From: Octopus bimaculoides
Taxonomy: Eukaryota
DNA length: 64,000 bases
Assembly (NCBI RefSeq): GCF_001194135.2
Contig: NC_068986.1
Span: forward strand, 45,907,188-45,971,187
Direction of reading: 5' to 3'
The position numbers and the translations under genes were made by a program. Below the pieces are notes generated by a model. The model made no database searches. It was not told the DNA's origin and saw only the letters and a list, made by a program, of their open reading frames with translations. Numbering within the stretch: position 1 is the first letter of the stretch; every line of letters begins with the position of its first letter. Positions 22,183 to 35,030 of the stretch are shown here, piece after piece.

Positions 22183-24948
22183 GTTATCTTCCCTTAAACT
22201 AAAGTCAGCTTTGTCTTTGTTTTAAATGAAATCAATAAAATAAGTATGAGACAACTTACTGGGGTTAATATAATTCACTATAACCTTTAAAGGCAATGAC
22301 CCAGCATGGCATAATCCTCAAAGGTTATAACAAGACTAACCGAATATCATTTTTGATTGTTTGTATTTAATCACCTTTGGGTATGAAAAATACCTTTTTT
22401 TTTTTAGGGTAGTTTTCATCATCAAAATTATCAATTTACATTAGATAAATCAAATAATCTTTCATATGATACAAGCAACAACAAAAGAGAAAATAAGGAC
22501 TTAAATGCAAAATGAAGAACAAAAAATAACAATGGAATGTTAACTGCAAAAATGTAGAACAGAAAACTACATTGTGAAAGTAGATAAACAAAATATAAGC
22601 AAAGAAAGTGGATACATTTTATGAAATATTGAAAATGCTGGAGATTTTGAGGGAAATAAAATGAAAAAGCATGCTGGTCAAGCAACAGAGGGAGTAATAT
22701 TCAAAGGAATGTTCAAAATAACCCCAACCCGTTATTATAAAAATGACCAAAATTGTTAAAAATATATATTTAAAANNNNNNNNNNNNNNNNNNNNNNNNN
22801 NNNNNNNNNNNNNNNNNNNNNNNNNNNNNNNNNNNNNNNNNNNNNNNNNNNNNNNNNNNNNNNNNNNNNNTATATATATAAACTTTGCTTTCTATAAGGA
22901 TATATATAAATGTATAAATCATTCTTTTTTGCCTGCCTACATGCAAAATTATAGAAATCTAAACATGCTCAACTATTTACTAAATAAATAAGAAGCCCTT
23001 TTAATTAAATTGAGTTGCAAAAATAGAATCTATCTAATAATCATTTTAGAAATGGAATGTTAATAAAGAAATTAAATATTTGAATTCAGTTACAGAGAAT
23101 GTTCTCTCTAAAATGCTTTCAAGGTTTGAGATTTCACAATCTCACCAATAATATAATTCTAAAAATGGAAATAACAAAATACAGGAAAGGTAACTGGATA
23201 TAAGAGACATCTCAAAGTGCAAATTTGCATGTAAAAATATGAAAGAAATCTTGTCAAACTGTGCTTCATATACTTTGAGAATAAATAAATCATGAAAGGA
23301 TTTTGAAAATGCTTCAGAGAAAAAGATTTTGTTCAATAGAAAGGAAACTAATAATCAAAATCTTAAAGCCTGTAGAATAATAAATTGGCAAATGTAGATA
23401 TGTATGTAAATAATTATGAGACTATAAGGAATGTTTACCATCTATACAGAATTTCTACCAACTGATATGAATAATGATTATAACAATTTCCTAATAAGTA
23501 GTCTATACAAATCACACATAATAATTGTAGTAAAATCAGGTGCTCATGACATACTTTGAATTTTAATTGAAAATTTTCATCTTGTCCTTATTACCATCAT
23601 TATATCAATTACTATTGTGTAAATATGTTTATACACACACACAGGTGCATTTTTATATGTAGATGTATGATGGGAGTAGAAATTGCATCTAAGCACAGGA
23701 AAAAAACTTTTAGTCATTAATATAAAAATATTCAAATTATAAAATTCTGAAAGTTATCTCACTCACAAAAAAAGACATGCAAAATAATTACATACATACA
23801 CAACCACAAATGCATACTCAAACACACACACTCACACAGTGTCTATATTATTATTTTACATAAAACTGCCACATTAGGAAATTTTCTCAGTCCACTGTCA
23901 ACAAGAGATACAATGATTTTGTCATCTCTTCCTCTATTGATATCAGGGACTGTCAGGTTTCTTTTAGTTCCTAAACAGCACATGTTTTTCTCTCCTGTTG
24001 TCCATGCATCGATGATATCAAACTGGATATGACTGTAACCATTTCAACCAAGCAACAATTATTTTGCTTTGTTACTTGCTAATCATTTGTTTTTCTCTCA
24101 CATGCCTCTTCCTTGTCCATAATGAAACATTCTGTACTTTCTCCTCTAGTTTGCATATCATTACTCTGCTATCATTCAGTGTAAGTCTGACACATTGTGG
24201 ATCAAACAACATACAACATTCCACCTTCACTGGAAGTACTGTTCACTGACATTTTCCCACCTCACACAAATAATCAGCTCACAACTAAACAATTTGCAAT
24301 ATAAAAACTCAAATTTCAAAGTAGTTATGTGTTTAGATCTTTCTGGAATTCATTAATCATACACACTTTTAATTTGAAAATATGTATGAGCACTGCTACT
24401 TACTATCCTCTTAGAAACCCTGCATCTAACCTAGGAGACTATGCTTTCCAGATATCAAATCTTAGAATAATTCCTGAATGATTGCGTTACATGAAATCCT
24501 GAATAACATTCTTACAATATTGTTTACACCAATTATAATTTTGTAATGCTAAATAATCATTATTCATTTCATTCAAACAAATCTAGAATATAAGACTTCT
24601 ATCAAGAATGAGGGTGAGTAACAGTTAAGCTTGTGTTCTTGCCATGATCTAGCAGTATAATGGATCCTTTTAGTGATGCAAAGTTATTAGAAATTGAAAA
24701 TGAGTTCAGAGGAAGGTAATTTTTTTTTTATAAGCCCATTATATTCATAGTTAACAGAACAGTATTTTATCTTCTGATGATATTGGATTAAATTTGTATT
24801 ACCACAATTGTGCAAACCTATATGATCCCACTGAGTAAAGGGTATTAAAAGAATATGATTTCAAGAGAATAAAGAACATCAACATGGAGAACAGGAATAT
24901 ATTAAAAGAGAGTGTGCAATGCATATAGTCATAGAGATTCACATGCTA

Positions 24949-25055
<107 letters not shown>

Positions 25056-25147
25056 GATGAAAAAACACATACAAGTTTTATAGAGAGTGGGATGCTTTAT
25101 ATGTAAAATTATGGATATGGTTTTCCCATTTCATAACATGTATTTAC

Positions 25148-25294
25148 CTTCACGGCAACACTTAGCAAATGTTGCCCGCTTATGGCAATAACTTCCTGCA
25201 GGACAAATGTTTTTATCATCATAACAATAGTATTCCTGGCCCGTCAGGGGGTTGACAAGCGGCATGTTCCCATCACAAGGTTCTTCTTCCAGAT
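25148..25294 (-). CDS. AGRN: Agrin exon: lustrin/WR1-type cysteine-rich module
   Basis: cttttatcag/gtaaat, phase 1-1, 147 nt; (D)LEEEPCDGNMPLVNPLTGQEYYCYDDKNICPAGSYCHKRATFAKCCRE, with a C..C..CP.GSYC..CC pattern. Confidence 0.9.
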
Positions 25295-26908
25295 CTGATA
25301 AAAGAAATAAAATGTCAATGAAATTGTATATCAGTGGAGAGATCAGAGTAAATAAAAAATAAAGAAGCTGTTTCAGAAACTGAAAAATATCTAACAACTA
25401 TAGGAGTTCAGAATGTATTGCAAGCATCTACAATGATCATTACATTATGTCTGGCTATAGTACCATCTCTCCTTTATGCAGAGATGATACCGTGACCAAT
25501 GTGAGTTATCCAAGGCATATTTATCACTGGTTTAAAACTAATTATGCCTGGATTAACTGTTATAGTATACAGATTAATTTATTTAAACAGGAAGATCTAA
25601 ACCTGACCTGCAAAGTTTTGGAGATAATAAGAGTTCTTGATATGAAAACGTATCATGGTAAATGAAAGGTCGGAACAAAATATATCAGTTTAGATAGATA
25701 TTGTATTAATCTCAGACACTGATTTAAATGCAATTTTAAGAGGTACTCTCTTCAATTATGAAAGAGCATACCATCAAATTAATCACTGAATTCATATCCT
25801 GTGTTTATTGTTCTTATATTTGATCAATATTTTAGTATATACTAAAATTTATTCATTATAGTAGTCATTACTCATTTCAAAAGTTAATTAAATTCCATTA
25901 TTAGTGTAATCTAGAAAAAATATAGTTTTTCTAAAGTTCTGATCAATTAACACCTAAAAAATTATGAAGACACACAAAAGAACTGTTTTAACTCAACTGT
26001 TATTTCTATTACAAATAGTTAAGAAACATACACATATTTACATAAAAAAAAACAACATCCCTACAGGTGAAAAGAATGCAAAATTAGAGCATCTTTTTCA
26101 CCTTATATTTAAGACAATTTTTCTGATATTGATGAACAAACAAATGAAGACATTGTAAGGAAGAGAGGGCTCATTTGTGCTTATGAAAATAAGGCAACCA
26201 CTTTAATAATGGTGCCATGATAAAATGTACTTAACACACTTTGTTAAGTGTTTGAGTATAGGAAGGGTATCCCAGACATAGAAACTATGCTAAAAAACAG
26301 AATGTATGAGTGAGCAAGACATGGTCCCTAATCTGCCAAGGAAGGCAGTTACTCTGAAACTTGGACTGTAACAAACTGTCCAATTTATACCAGCATGAGA
26401 AGGCAGATATGAAAGAATGATGATGATGATGATGAGTATATCTATAATGAATTCTTTAAAATAAGACCAACCATACTCTCAGCAGCATGGTTGGTCTTAT
26501 TTTATCAATCCTAAAGGCAACAAATGATGAATTGGCATAGGTAACGATTATAATTCTAATTACTGCTTACTATTACTTGAACTGATGAACAAAATAATGA
26601 AACTGAATAATTAAAATAAAATTAACTGAATTCCTCATCTTATCTCAGAGTTATTACTAATGAAAATACAGGCTGCCTAATATCGTTAAAATCCTTGCAA
26701 CTTATTTCAGGTGTTTTATGGTTGTATAGATTCCCAATATTAATTCTGTGATTTTGTAGCTGTAATAGTAATAATGATAATAATTTCAAATTTTGAACTC
26801 AGAATGTGAAGATGGACAAAATGCACCTAAACATTATGCCTGATGCAATAATGATTTTTCTAACTTTCTGCCTTAATATTAATAATGATGATAATGATGG
26901 TGATGATA

Positions 26909-27293
26909 GTGGAGGCGCAATGGCCCAGTGGTTAGGGCAGCGGACTCGCGGTCATAGGATCGCAGTTTCGATTCCCAGCCCGGGTGTTGTGAGTGTTTAT
27001 TGAGTGAAAACACCTAAAGCTCCACGAGGCTCTGGCAGGGGATGGTGGCGAACCTTGCTGTACTCTTCCACCACAACTTTCTCTTACTTCCTGTTTCTGT
27101 TGTGCCTGTAATTCAAAGGGTCAGCCTTGTCACACTGTGTCATGCTGAATATCCCCGAGAACTATGTTAAGGGTACATGTGTCTGTGGAGTGCTCAGCTA
27201 CTTGCACGTTAATTTCACAAGCAGGCTGTTCCGTTGATCGGATCAACTGGAACCCTCGACGTCGTAAGCGATGGAGTGCCAACAACAACAACA
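26909..27293 (+). mobile_element. Full-length tRNA-derived SINE, same family as 21639, 9-bp TSD
   Basis: A box TGGCCCAGTGG, B box GTTTCGATTCC and a (CAA)n tail. TSD gtgatgata at 26900-26908 and 27294-27302. Confidence 0.9.
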
Positions 27294-27580
27294 GTGATGA
27301 TAATAAGATCATTGCATACAGTGCTCAAGTGCACTATAACTCATTAGAAAAGATTAAAGGAAGGATCAGAAAACAACAATAAACCAAGTAAAGGAGAACA
27401 GCAATGATAGCCAAAAGTACATGCATAGTACACAAGATTAAACTCGAGACAGAGAAGTGAATGGTAAAAGAACCTGAAAGAGAAAAGGGTGCATAGACTC
27501 ATCAAGTCCGTAAAATTAGAGATCTATGTATAATTCAAATATTATTACTATCAGAATTTAAAATTGAACAGAACACTAAC

Positions 27581-27693
27581 CTTCACAGTTTTCAGAAGCT
27601 ACAGCAGTAATTTCCTGTTGTTGGTAGCAGGACTCTAATTTCATCATACAGTCATTACCATAGGTTTTCCCATCAGAACCACAAACAATTGAT
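27581..27693 (-). CDS. AGRN: Agrin exon: Kazal half of follistatin module d
   Basis: tgtcactttag/gttagt, phase 2-1, 113 nt; (R)SIVCGSDGKTYGNDCMMKLESCYQQQEITAVASENCE. Confidence 0.94.
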
Positions 27694-28249
27694 CTAAAGT
27701 GACAGAAAAATGGAATTTTATTGTCAATGAAAAAGAAATTTATCAAATAAGATAAATATTCCTTGACTTATGCTGTATAAAAAACAATTTATGACATTGT
27801 TGCTGAATGGCATGATTTCATCTGTAACTAGTTTAATGTTAGGCAATGGAATTCTAAGAAGAAGCATTTATCAAAACAGGTCTTAGATAATTAATTTATT
27901 GATTTTTAAAAGAGCTAATGGATAGTGTGTCAAGCTGATTTATAAGTGTTATGATAATATAGACAAACTATGTGCTCTTTGTTTTTGCTTTAAACCTTTA
28001 TTAAAATTTTTTTGTGGACAGGAGATATTTACTGTAGAAATAATACTATAAATAATAAATGGTAAATATAACTGTCTGCTACTCTGTATCATCGTGTTCA
28101 CGAATTTGTTATTCTAGAAATCAGTTGGTTATATTAGTTAACATGTTCAGTCAGCTTCATTTTAATGCAGTCTCTCATTTCACTTCACAAGTTTTGTGTA
28201 TTGTTCCATCTCTTTCTATTCTGCTATCACTCTGCTTCAGTTGAATTAA

Positions 28250-28464
28250 TCCTTTAACATTTAAACCAGTCATATCAAGCCAAAATATTCCGCCTGTTTT
28301 ATATTTGAACTGGTCAGCTCTATCCTCTCACACCTACCCTACAATGTCATTGTAAAAATATACAATCATATCATCAAAATCTTAAAACTATAAGATAATG
28401 CATAATTATTTCACAACAATGCGAATAAATAAGCATTTAACAGAATAATCTGAATGCTAAAGGG
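28250..28464. mobile_element. piggyBac-like MITE
   Basis: TTAA|tcctttaacatt ... aatgctaaaggg|gtaa: degenerate CCCTTTAGCATT TIRs at a TTAA-like site. Confidence 0.65.
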
Positions 28465-29149
28465 GTAAATATAACTTTAGTCATTCACTTATAAAATATT
28501 TTACAAATATACTGGTTTCCAAATATCATTATCATCCCCATCTGTGTTGTATTATCGTTTTCATCATTGTTACTATTGTCAACATAATCTTACATCCATT
28601 TTTCTATGGGTTGGATGGGTCTCATCAATGATCATGATCTGTACCACCTGACACACCCAACAACAACAAAAAATACCCCAGCCAACTTTATGGTTGAATG
28701 TCTTACAGTATGAACTAGATGCTTTTTTCATGTCACCAGCACTGAAGAGATTGTTCCATACTGGAGTCATTTTAGCTCTGTTATTCAGAAATACCTTCTG
28801 CCTAGATGAGTAGCCTGCAATGAGTAGTTCACCTCTCATGTTCATGCTTCATCTTTTGATCATGATTTCTACAGCTAAATATTTTCCTATCAGTAATCAC
28901 ATTACAAAGTGTACAGGATGCATTTTTCATACCATTTCAAGCCGTTTTCATGCATTAAAAAAGTTACAACATGTGAGAAGAATAAAAAGACCTCCTCTAA
29001 TCTATAGCAATTCTTATTTGGAGTTGTATCTTCTTAGGTCAAAGACATTTAGATAATACTCCCTTATAAAACATGTTTAGTCTTTATCTGCAGCCTATTA
29101 GGTATAATAGCAATTTTTTGAATTATAACAACTAATGTATTTCCAATCT

Positions 29150-29152
<3 letters not shown>

Positions 29153-29209
<57 letters not shown>
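29153..29209. repeat. (TA)n microsatellite
   Basis: Directly visible; many similar (TA)n, (CA)n, (AAT)n and (ATCT)n tracts occur elsewhere in the window. Confidence 0.95.
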
Positions 29210-29213
<4 letters not shown>

Positions 29214-31056
29214 CAACACAATCAACTTCTTGCAAGTTTCCACTTCATATGAACTCCAACAAATATCTAAACCTGTAAAAACATAAATTGTTTTCTATGT
29301 AATTTGCTTGTAATGGTGTTATGATTCTGCATTTTGTATCTGGAGTAATTAGATCAGTTGCAAATAACATAATGTTGAAAATTAGAAAAGAGAATATTTT
29401 TGGATGATATTTAACACTATTTATAATTTAAAGGTCATTCCTTCTGTTTTAAATCTAATTTTTTGTTGTTGCTTTTAACATTGATGAAATACAATTTGCA
29501 AATCTGAACAAATAATTCTATTGATAGACATATTTTCTACTCTTAAATGCTAAGTTAGGAGGTACAGGTGTGTCAGTTGCTGGCAAGATAGATTAAATGT
29601 GTTATTTCCGGAGACAAAATACAGTAGCTCTGGCAAAGTTTAATTTCATAGCCATGTGTTCTAATAACACGAGCCTGCAAATTGTATTGGTTTTTATTTC
29701 TTTTTGTTAATTAGACACTAGCAAAGGCTAGCACCAATGAGCTTTGCATGCTCAGTCAGACTGGTGAGACTGGTACAGCTAATACCCTGCCCAAATTAAT
29801 GACAACAAGAAAAATATAAGAGTTGAGGAAACTGGAGTGTTTGTATTTGGTCTGAAATCTTGCAAAAGAATGAACTCTGCTATAAGAATCTATGGACGAA
29901 GTAGTTGTGTTAAACTGGGTGGTTTGATAGGCATAAGCCAAATATTTTCATGTGAGATCAATATGTCAATTAGCTGATTAGTCACTCATACATTCCTCTA
30001 AAAAATCTTAAGACAATTAGAAATTTCCTCTTTGTAATAAACATCAAATTTTTGGTAAATTTGTCCATAGGCCTTACTTTTCAACCATATGTAAAGAACA
30101 TTACTTTTCAGCCATGTGATTTTGGGTTCAGTCCCACCATGTAATGCCTTGGAAAGTCACTTCTAGTATATCCTTGACTCAACCAATGTCTTGTGAGGGA
30201 ATTTGATTGATGGAAGCCTATCATATATAATGCGTATATGTGAGCATGAGTGTAAGTATGCATGTGTGTGTGTGATCATTTTTCAGTTTGTCCCCCTTTA
30301 CTGCTTAATAACCAGTGTAGGTTGTTTAAACAGTTTGAGTAGTTCATCAAAAGTGATAGAATTAATATCAAACTCGAAAAAAAAAAAAAAAACTTATTAG
30401 GGTTGATTTGTTCAGTTAAATCTTTCAAGGCAATGCCTCTGTCATAGTCACACTATGAAAACTGAAACAAGTAAATGAGAAAAGGTAAATTACAAAAGGG
30501 AACTTTGCAGTTCCTTCCTCATCTCAATTTTCTTTAAAAAAACTATGTTCTTATTGTAAATTCATCAATATTGTTGCTTTCATCTTTATTATCCACCTCT
30601 TTTTCCTTTTCATTGTATTTTAATACTTGTATTTTTATATTTTTATATGTTAGATGGGTGTATAATGCAATATGTAAACACTTATCTTCATCATGCAGCA
30701 TCTTTTCTATTGAGACTAATGTATTAACATCTGACTAGACAAATTCCACCTGAAATATTTATGGACCTCCTGCTAACATAAGCTTTTTGTTTTCCAATAC
30801 ACAGCATTTTTCTTATCAATTAATGGTTGTAAGAACAGACACTTAAGAAGAAACTATAGTCAGAAAGTGTGGAATGATTTATCTGCAAATCTTTTCAGGA
30901 AGACTGTATTATAAAACCAGGTGGGCTGATATCAAAAAGGGTTAAAACCCTTTCATATGTAACTGTCCTTATTTAAAGATCCTGAGTTTTGTTGTTAAAA
31001 GGAATGTGCCTATATTTGAAAGAAGATTTTGGGAGAAATTGTGAAACGAGTCTTAC

Positions 31057-31177
31057 CTGATTGCGTCACAGATATTCTTGCATGTACAGTGGTAATTACT
31101 ACCTTCAGACAATTCACAAGTACCACCGAATTTACACGAAGTTTCATCACAGATTGAGCCACTTCCAGAACCCTCTA
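31057..31177 (-). CDS. AGRN: Agrin exon: Ser-Gly cluster + N-terminal half of follistatin module d
   Basis: ttttttattcag/gtaaga, phase 1-2, 121 nt; (V)EGSGSGSICDETSCKFGGTCELSEGSNYHCTCKNICDAI. Confidence 0.93.
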
Positions 31178-32520
31178 CTGAATAAAAAATCATAAAAATC
31201 TCATATGAAAATCTTTAACTGTTGGTGTTAGGATCTTCTTATATATCTTAATAATTTTTTTGCAATAATTTTAATTGCACAAATACAATTGGATACATCC
31301 TCATTGGTAAGATTGCTCATATTCATTGTAAAATACACTTCTAGAAGTAGGATGTATTAATCTGCTTGCTTAAGAAAGAAGTTATGACTTCCAATTCATG
31401 TAAAGACTGTGCTCACACTCAATTTACATGTATTTCAAGGTTGAAAATAAGCATAGAAAGAAAAGATTTCTGATACTATAATAATGAAAGTAAAAATTTT
31501 AGTTTTGTTGACTACTTGAGGTTTAGATTCAAGAAATATTATCCAAAAAATATTGCTTAAAATCTCAATATTTGTATGCAACAAGGATTCTGCTTAAACA
31601 ATTGACAAGGGTTTTGCTTATTATTACCAGATGGAAAATGGGGACAGAAAAATAGCCACGAGATAAAATTCTGTATATAGTTAAAAAGCTTTATAATAGT
31701 GAAAACGGTAAAGACAAGCCTAAGTTATGTAAAAAATTGGACATGGGAAGTTTTGGTATTAATGCTTTTTCAAGGTTACTAGCAAAGACAGTGAAATGGT
31801 TCCAAATGAAAATTCAAACCACATTGTAATCTTGATTCCTCCATAAATTATGTCCATACTATAGAACTCATAAAAAAGAAAAATATGAAGTTGATAACAC
31901 TTGAAATGAAAAGTAGAGAGGTTTATATTTTCTTAAAATTAAAGTTGATAAAATTTTGATTATTAAAATAAATAAAAATCAAAGAAAATCACTGCAATTG
32001 AGTAATAAAAATAATCATCCTTTCTACTATAGGTGCATAGTCTGAAATTTTTGGGGGAGTAATATAGTCAATTACATCAACCCCAGCACTTGGCTGGAAC
32101 TTATTTTATTGACCCAGAAAGGATGAAAAGTAAAGTCAACACCAGCGGAATTTCAGCAAATAATAATTGTAGTAGTAGTAGTAGTAGTAGTAGTAATAGG
32201 TTCCTTAATGTCTCTGGTTGAAACTAGGGCGCAGCTTGAATAAATTAATGCAAAGGCACAACAACAACAACAACAACAATAATAATAATAATAAAATCTC
32301 AGCACTGACTGAAAAACATGAGACTCAAAGAAGAGAGTGAAAATTCTTAATTGCAGCACAAAATCAAATCCACCCATCACTTTCACCACCCAACACTATC
32401 ACCTCACTACTCCATCCCCCCCCCCCAAAAAAAAAAACCACACAGAATGAAACACAGTACAATTAGTAACTGCAAAATATATAGTGATGGAGAAAGAAAG
32501 AATAAATCATAATTATCTCT

Positions 32521-33086
32521 GCCCATGCAATCTTGTCCAAGAAGGAATATATCCACAGACATGACAGAGATTCACATACATGTGTCAACACTATGGAATG
32601 CTAACAGCGAAAAGATAATATAAGCATAACTCAGAAAAGGTGTCAGATAATAACAAAGCAATTATACTTTGGGAGATGTAAATATACTCAGATAAAGATA
32701 TCAAGGATATTTGACCAGATGTTGTCGAGGATACCAAGAAAAAAAAAAATCTCCAAATCGACGTATCATTCCTATCTGAAAGAAGCCTATTGAAATACAA
32801 AGATAAGGAAATAGAAATGACCTGAGTGTCTATCTTAAAAAACAATCCCTATGGCAACAAGTACTTTAGGTATGGTATAAAAATATGACAAATACTAAAC
32901 CAAAACCCCAGGACTTACAAATATATATAGCATACAGTAAATAGCACTACAAGGCAGTGAACATGTCTTATATAGAGCTCTTTCAATACAGTAAAAAATA
33001 ACACAAAACAAATAACAGCACATACCTAAAATACATAGTGCTGCACTTCATAGTACGGTGAAACCATACAGTAAAAATGAAACTAT

Positions 33087-33090
<4 letters not shown>
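32521..33090 (+). mobile_element. Degenerate R4/Dong-like non-LTR 3' fragment #1
   Basis: KKEYIHRHD, IILWE, PDVV...LQIDVS (RLE-like) and a 3' UTR running into (TAA)n. Confidence 0.6.
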
Positions 33091-33147
<57 letters not shown>

Positions 33148-33180
33148 TAATTATAATAATGGTAGTAATTATAATAATAA
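33088..33180. repeat. (AAT)n microsatellite between two RLE-type LINE fragments
   Basis: Directly visible. Confidence 0.95.
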
Positions 33181-34300
33181 TTGGAGGGAATAAAATCCAA
33201 GCAGTTAATGTGTGGGTGATAGCATCACTTCACTATGGAGAGGGAATTATAAAATGGTGAAAGAGAGAAATGAAGAAAATGGATACCAAGACCAGAAAAA
33301 TGTTGACAGTACACGAACCCTTCCACCCAAAGAGTGTTACTGATAGGCAGTACTTGTCTAGAAGAAAAGGTGGGAGAGGTTTGATCAGTTATCAGGACTG
33401 TATCGAAGTAGAGGAAAACAGATTAGGGTGATATATAAAAAATGCTGTGGAGCCACTGTTAAAACACATGAAGAAGGCTGGCATCATCAAAACTGAAAAT
33501 TGAGTAACTAAAGAAAAATTTAAACAAGAAATGAACAAAAGAAAAAGCATGGAAAGAAAAAAAATGTATGGTCAGTTTGCAAGACAGATACAGAGGACCA
33601 GTTATATGAAGTGCATAATTGACAACACTACCAATAGCAACAAATGCAGAATGTGTGGTGAGAGGGGTAAAACAGTATGGCACATTGTTAACAAATGTCC
33701 AAAATGGGCAGAACATGAATACAAATGATGCCATGACGATGTGGCAAGAATGATCCATTGGGAGCTCTGTGGAAATTGCGACCTATATGATATGAGCAAA
33801 CCCTAGAAGGAGTCACTGAAAATGAGAGCTGCAAAATCCTGTAGGATGTAATGATCCAATATGATCACCTGACTAGACATAGAAAACCGGACATTGTTGT
33901 GGGGAATAAAAAAGAAAGAACATGTATGATAATCGACATAGCATGCCCCAGTGACAACAGGATCAATGTGAAAGAAGAAAAAATAAACAACTATGATGAT
34001 TTAAAGTGGGAAATACAAAGGTTGTAGTCTATGAAGAGAGTAGAAGTGATACCAATAGTAATTGGTGCACTTGGAAGTATCAGCACTCAACTATCAATAT
34101 GGTTGAAAAAGATCTGTGTAAGTGTGAAGGTAGAACACCTATAAAAAAATCAGCATTGCTTGGAACTGCAAGAATCCGTCACAGGGTTCTTGAAGCATGA
34201 CCAGTAAACAAGTGTCACCTTAGTCTGTTGACCGTGAACAGCTGACACTTTCCATCATACCCAGCAAAATAAGCTGTGAGTTTTCTTACAATAATAATAT
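33181..34300 (+). mobile_element. 5'-truncated R4/Dong-clade (RLE) non-LTR retrotransposon #2
   Basis: HPKS..DRQYLSRRKGGRGL, CCHC knuckle CRMCGERGKTVWHIVNKC, RLE motif RHRKPDIVV...IIDIACP, C-terminal KSALLGTARI and a (TAA)n tail. Confidence 0.88.
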
Positions 34301-34811
34301 AATACCTTAAGTATGTTAGATAGATGGCTTTTTAATCTAATCTATACTCTGGATTTTTTTTAGCCTAGTATTTAATTGTAATATCTGAATTTATTCTTTA
34401 CTGTTTCCTATATATCAGCGGTGAGATTTTGTCTAGGCACGTGGTTGTGAATACACATCATTAATAGGACTCAAGAAGGTTGAAATGTATCTGCTGTTCT
34501 CACTACCCACTGCCGAAATAATTTTCCATCTCTCTCCAATATATATTGAGATTTTAAAATAGTACATGTGTAAAAGATTTTATCAGAGATGAAAATTGCT
34601 ATTTCTTTCCAGTCAATGGAGTATGTACATTAAGTATGATACATAGACGACTATTTTTATTCAATGCTGCTTCAACTGCATACCCCAGAATAATAATAAT
34701 GATAATAATAAACATTATTAGTAGATAAAGAGCATGTAAATTTCTGTTGCATGGTATAGTTAGTCCAGTATCAAATGATTTTAAAATGGAATAAACAAAT
34801 GTAATACTTGC

Positions 34812-35030
34812 CAATGCCAGATCCTGATATTTCGTCACAGGGCCCATTGTTGACAATGTATAATTCGGTTTTCTTTAAGCATGCATATCTTTTCATCTCA
34901 CACTCATTATTATAGACCTGTCCATTGCTGGCACAAAGCACTTCAAAATCTGCAGGACATTCTGAAGGACATACACACATACCATTCTCACAAGTTGACC
35001 CAAATGGACAACGAATTTTCGCACATTTAT
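34812..35030 (-). CDS. AGRN: Agrin exon: complete follistatin/Kazal module c + start of Ser-Gly cluster (GC donor)
   Basis: atcttttcag acceptor; G|gcaagt donor is required by phase; 219 nt; (N)KCAKIRCPFGSTCENGMCVCPSECPADFEVLCASNGQVYNNECEMKRYACLKKTELYIVNNGPCDEISGSGI. Confidence 0.92.
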
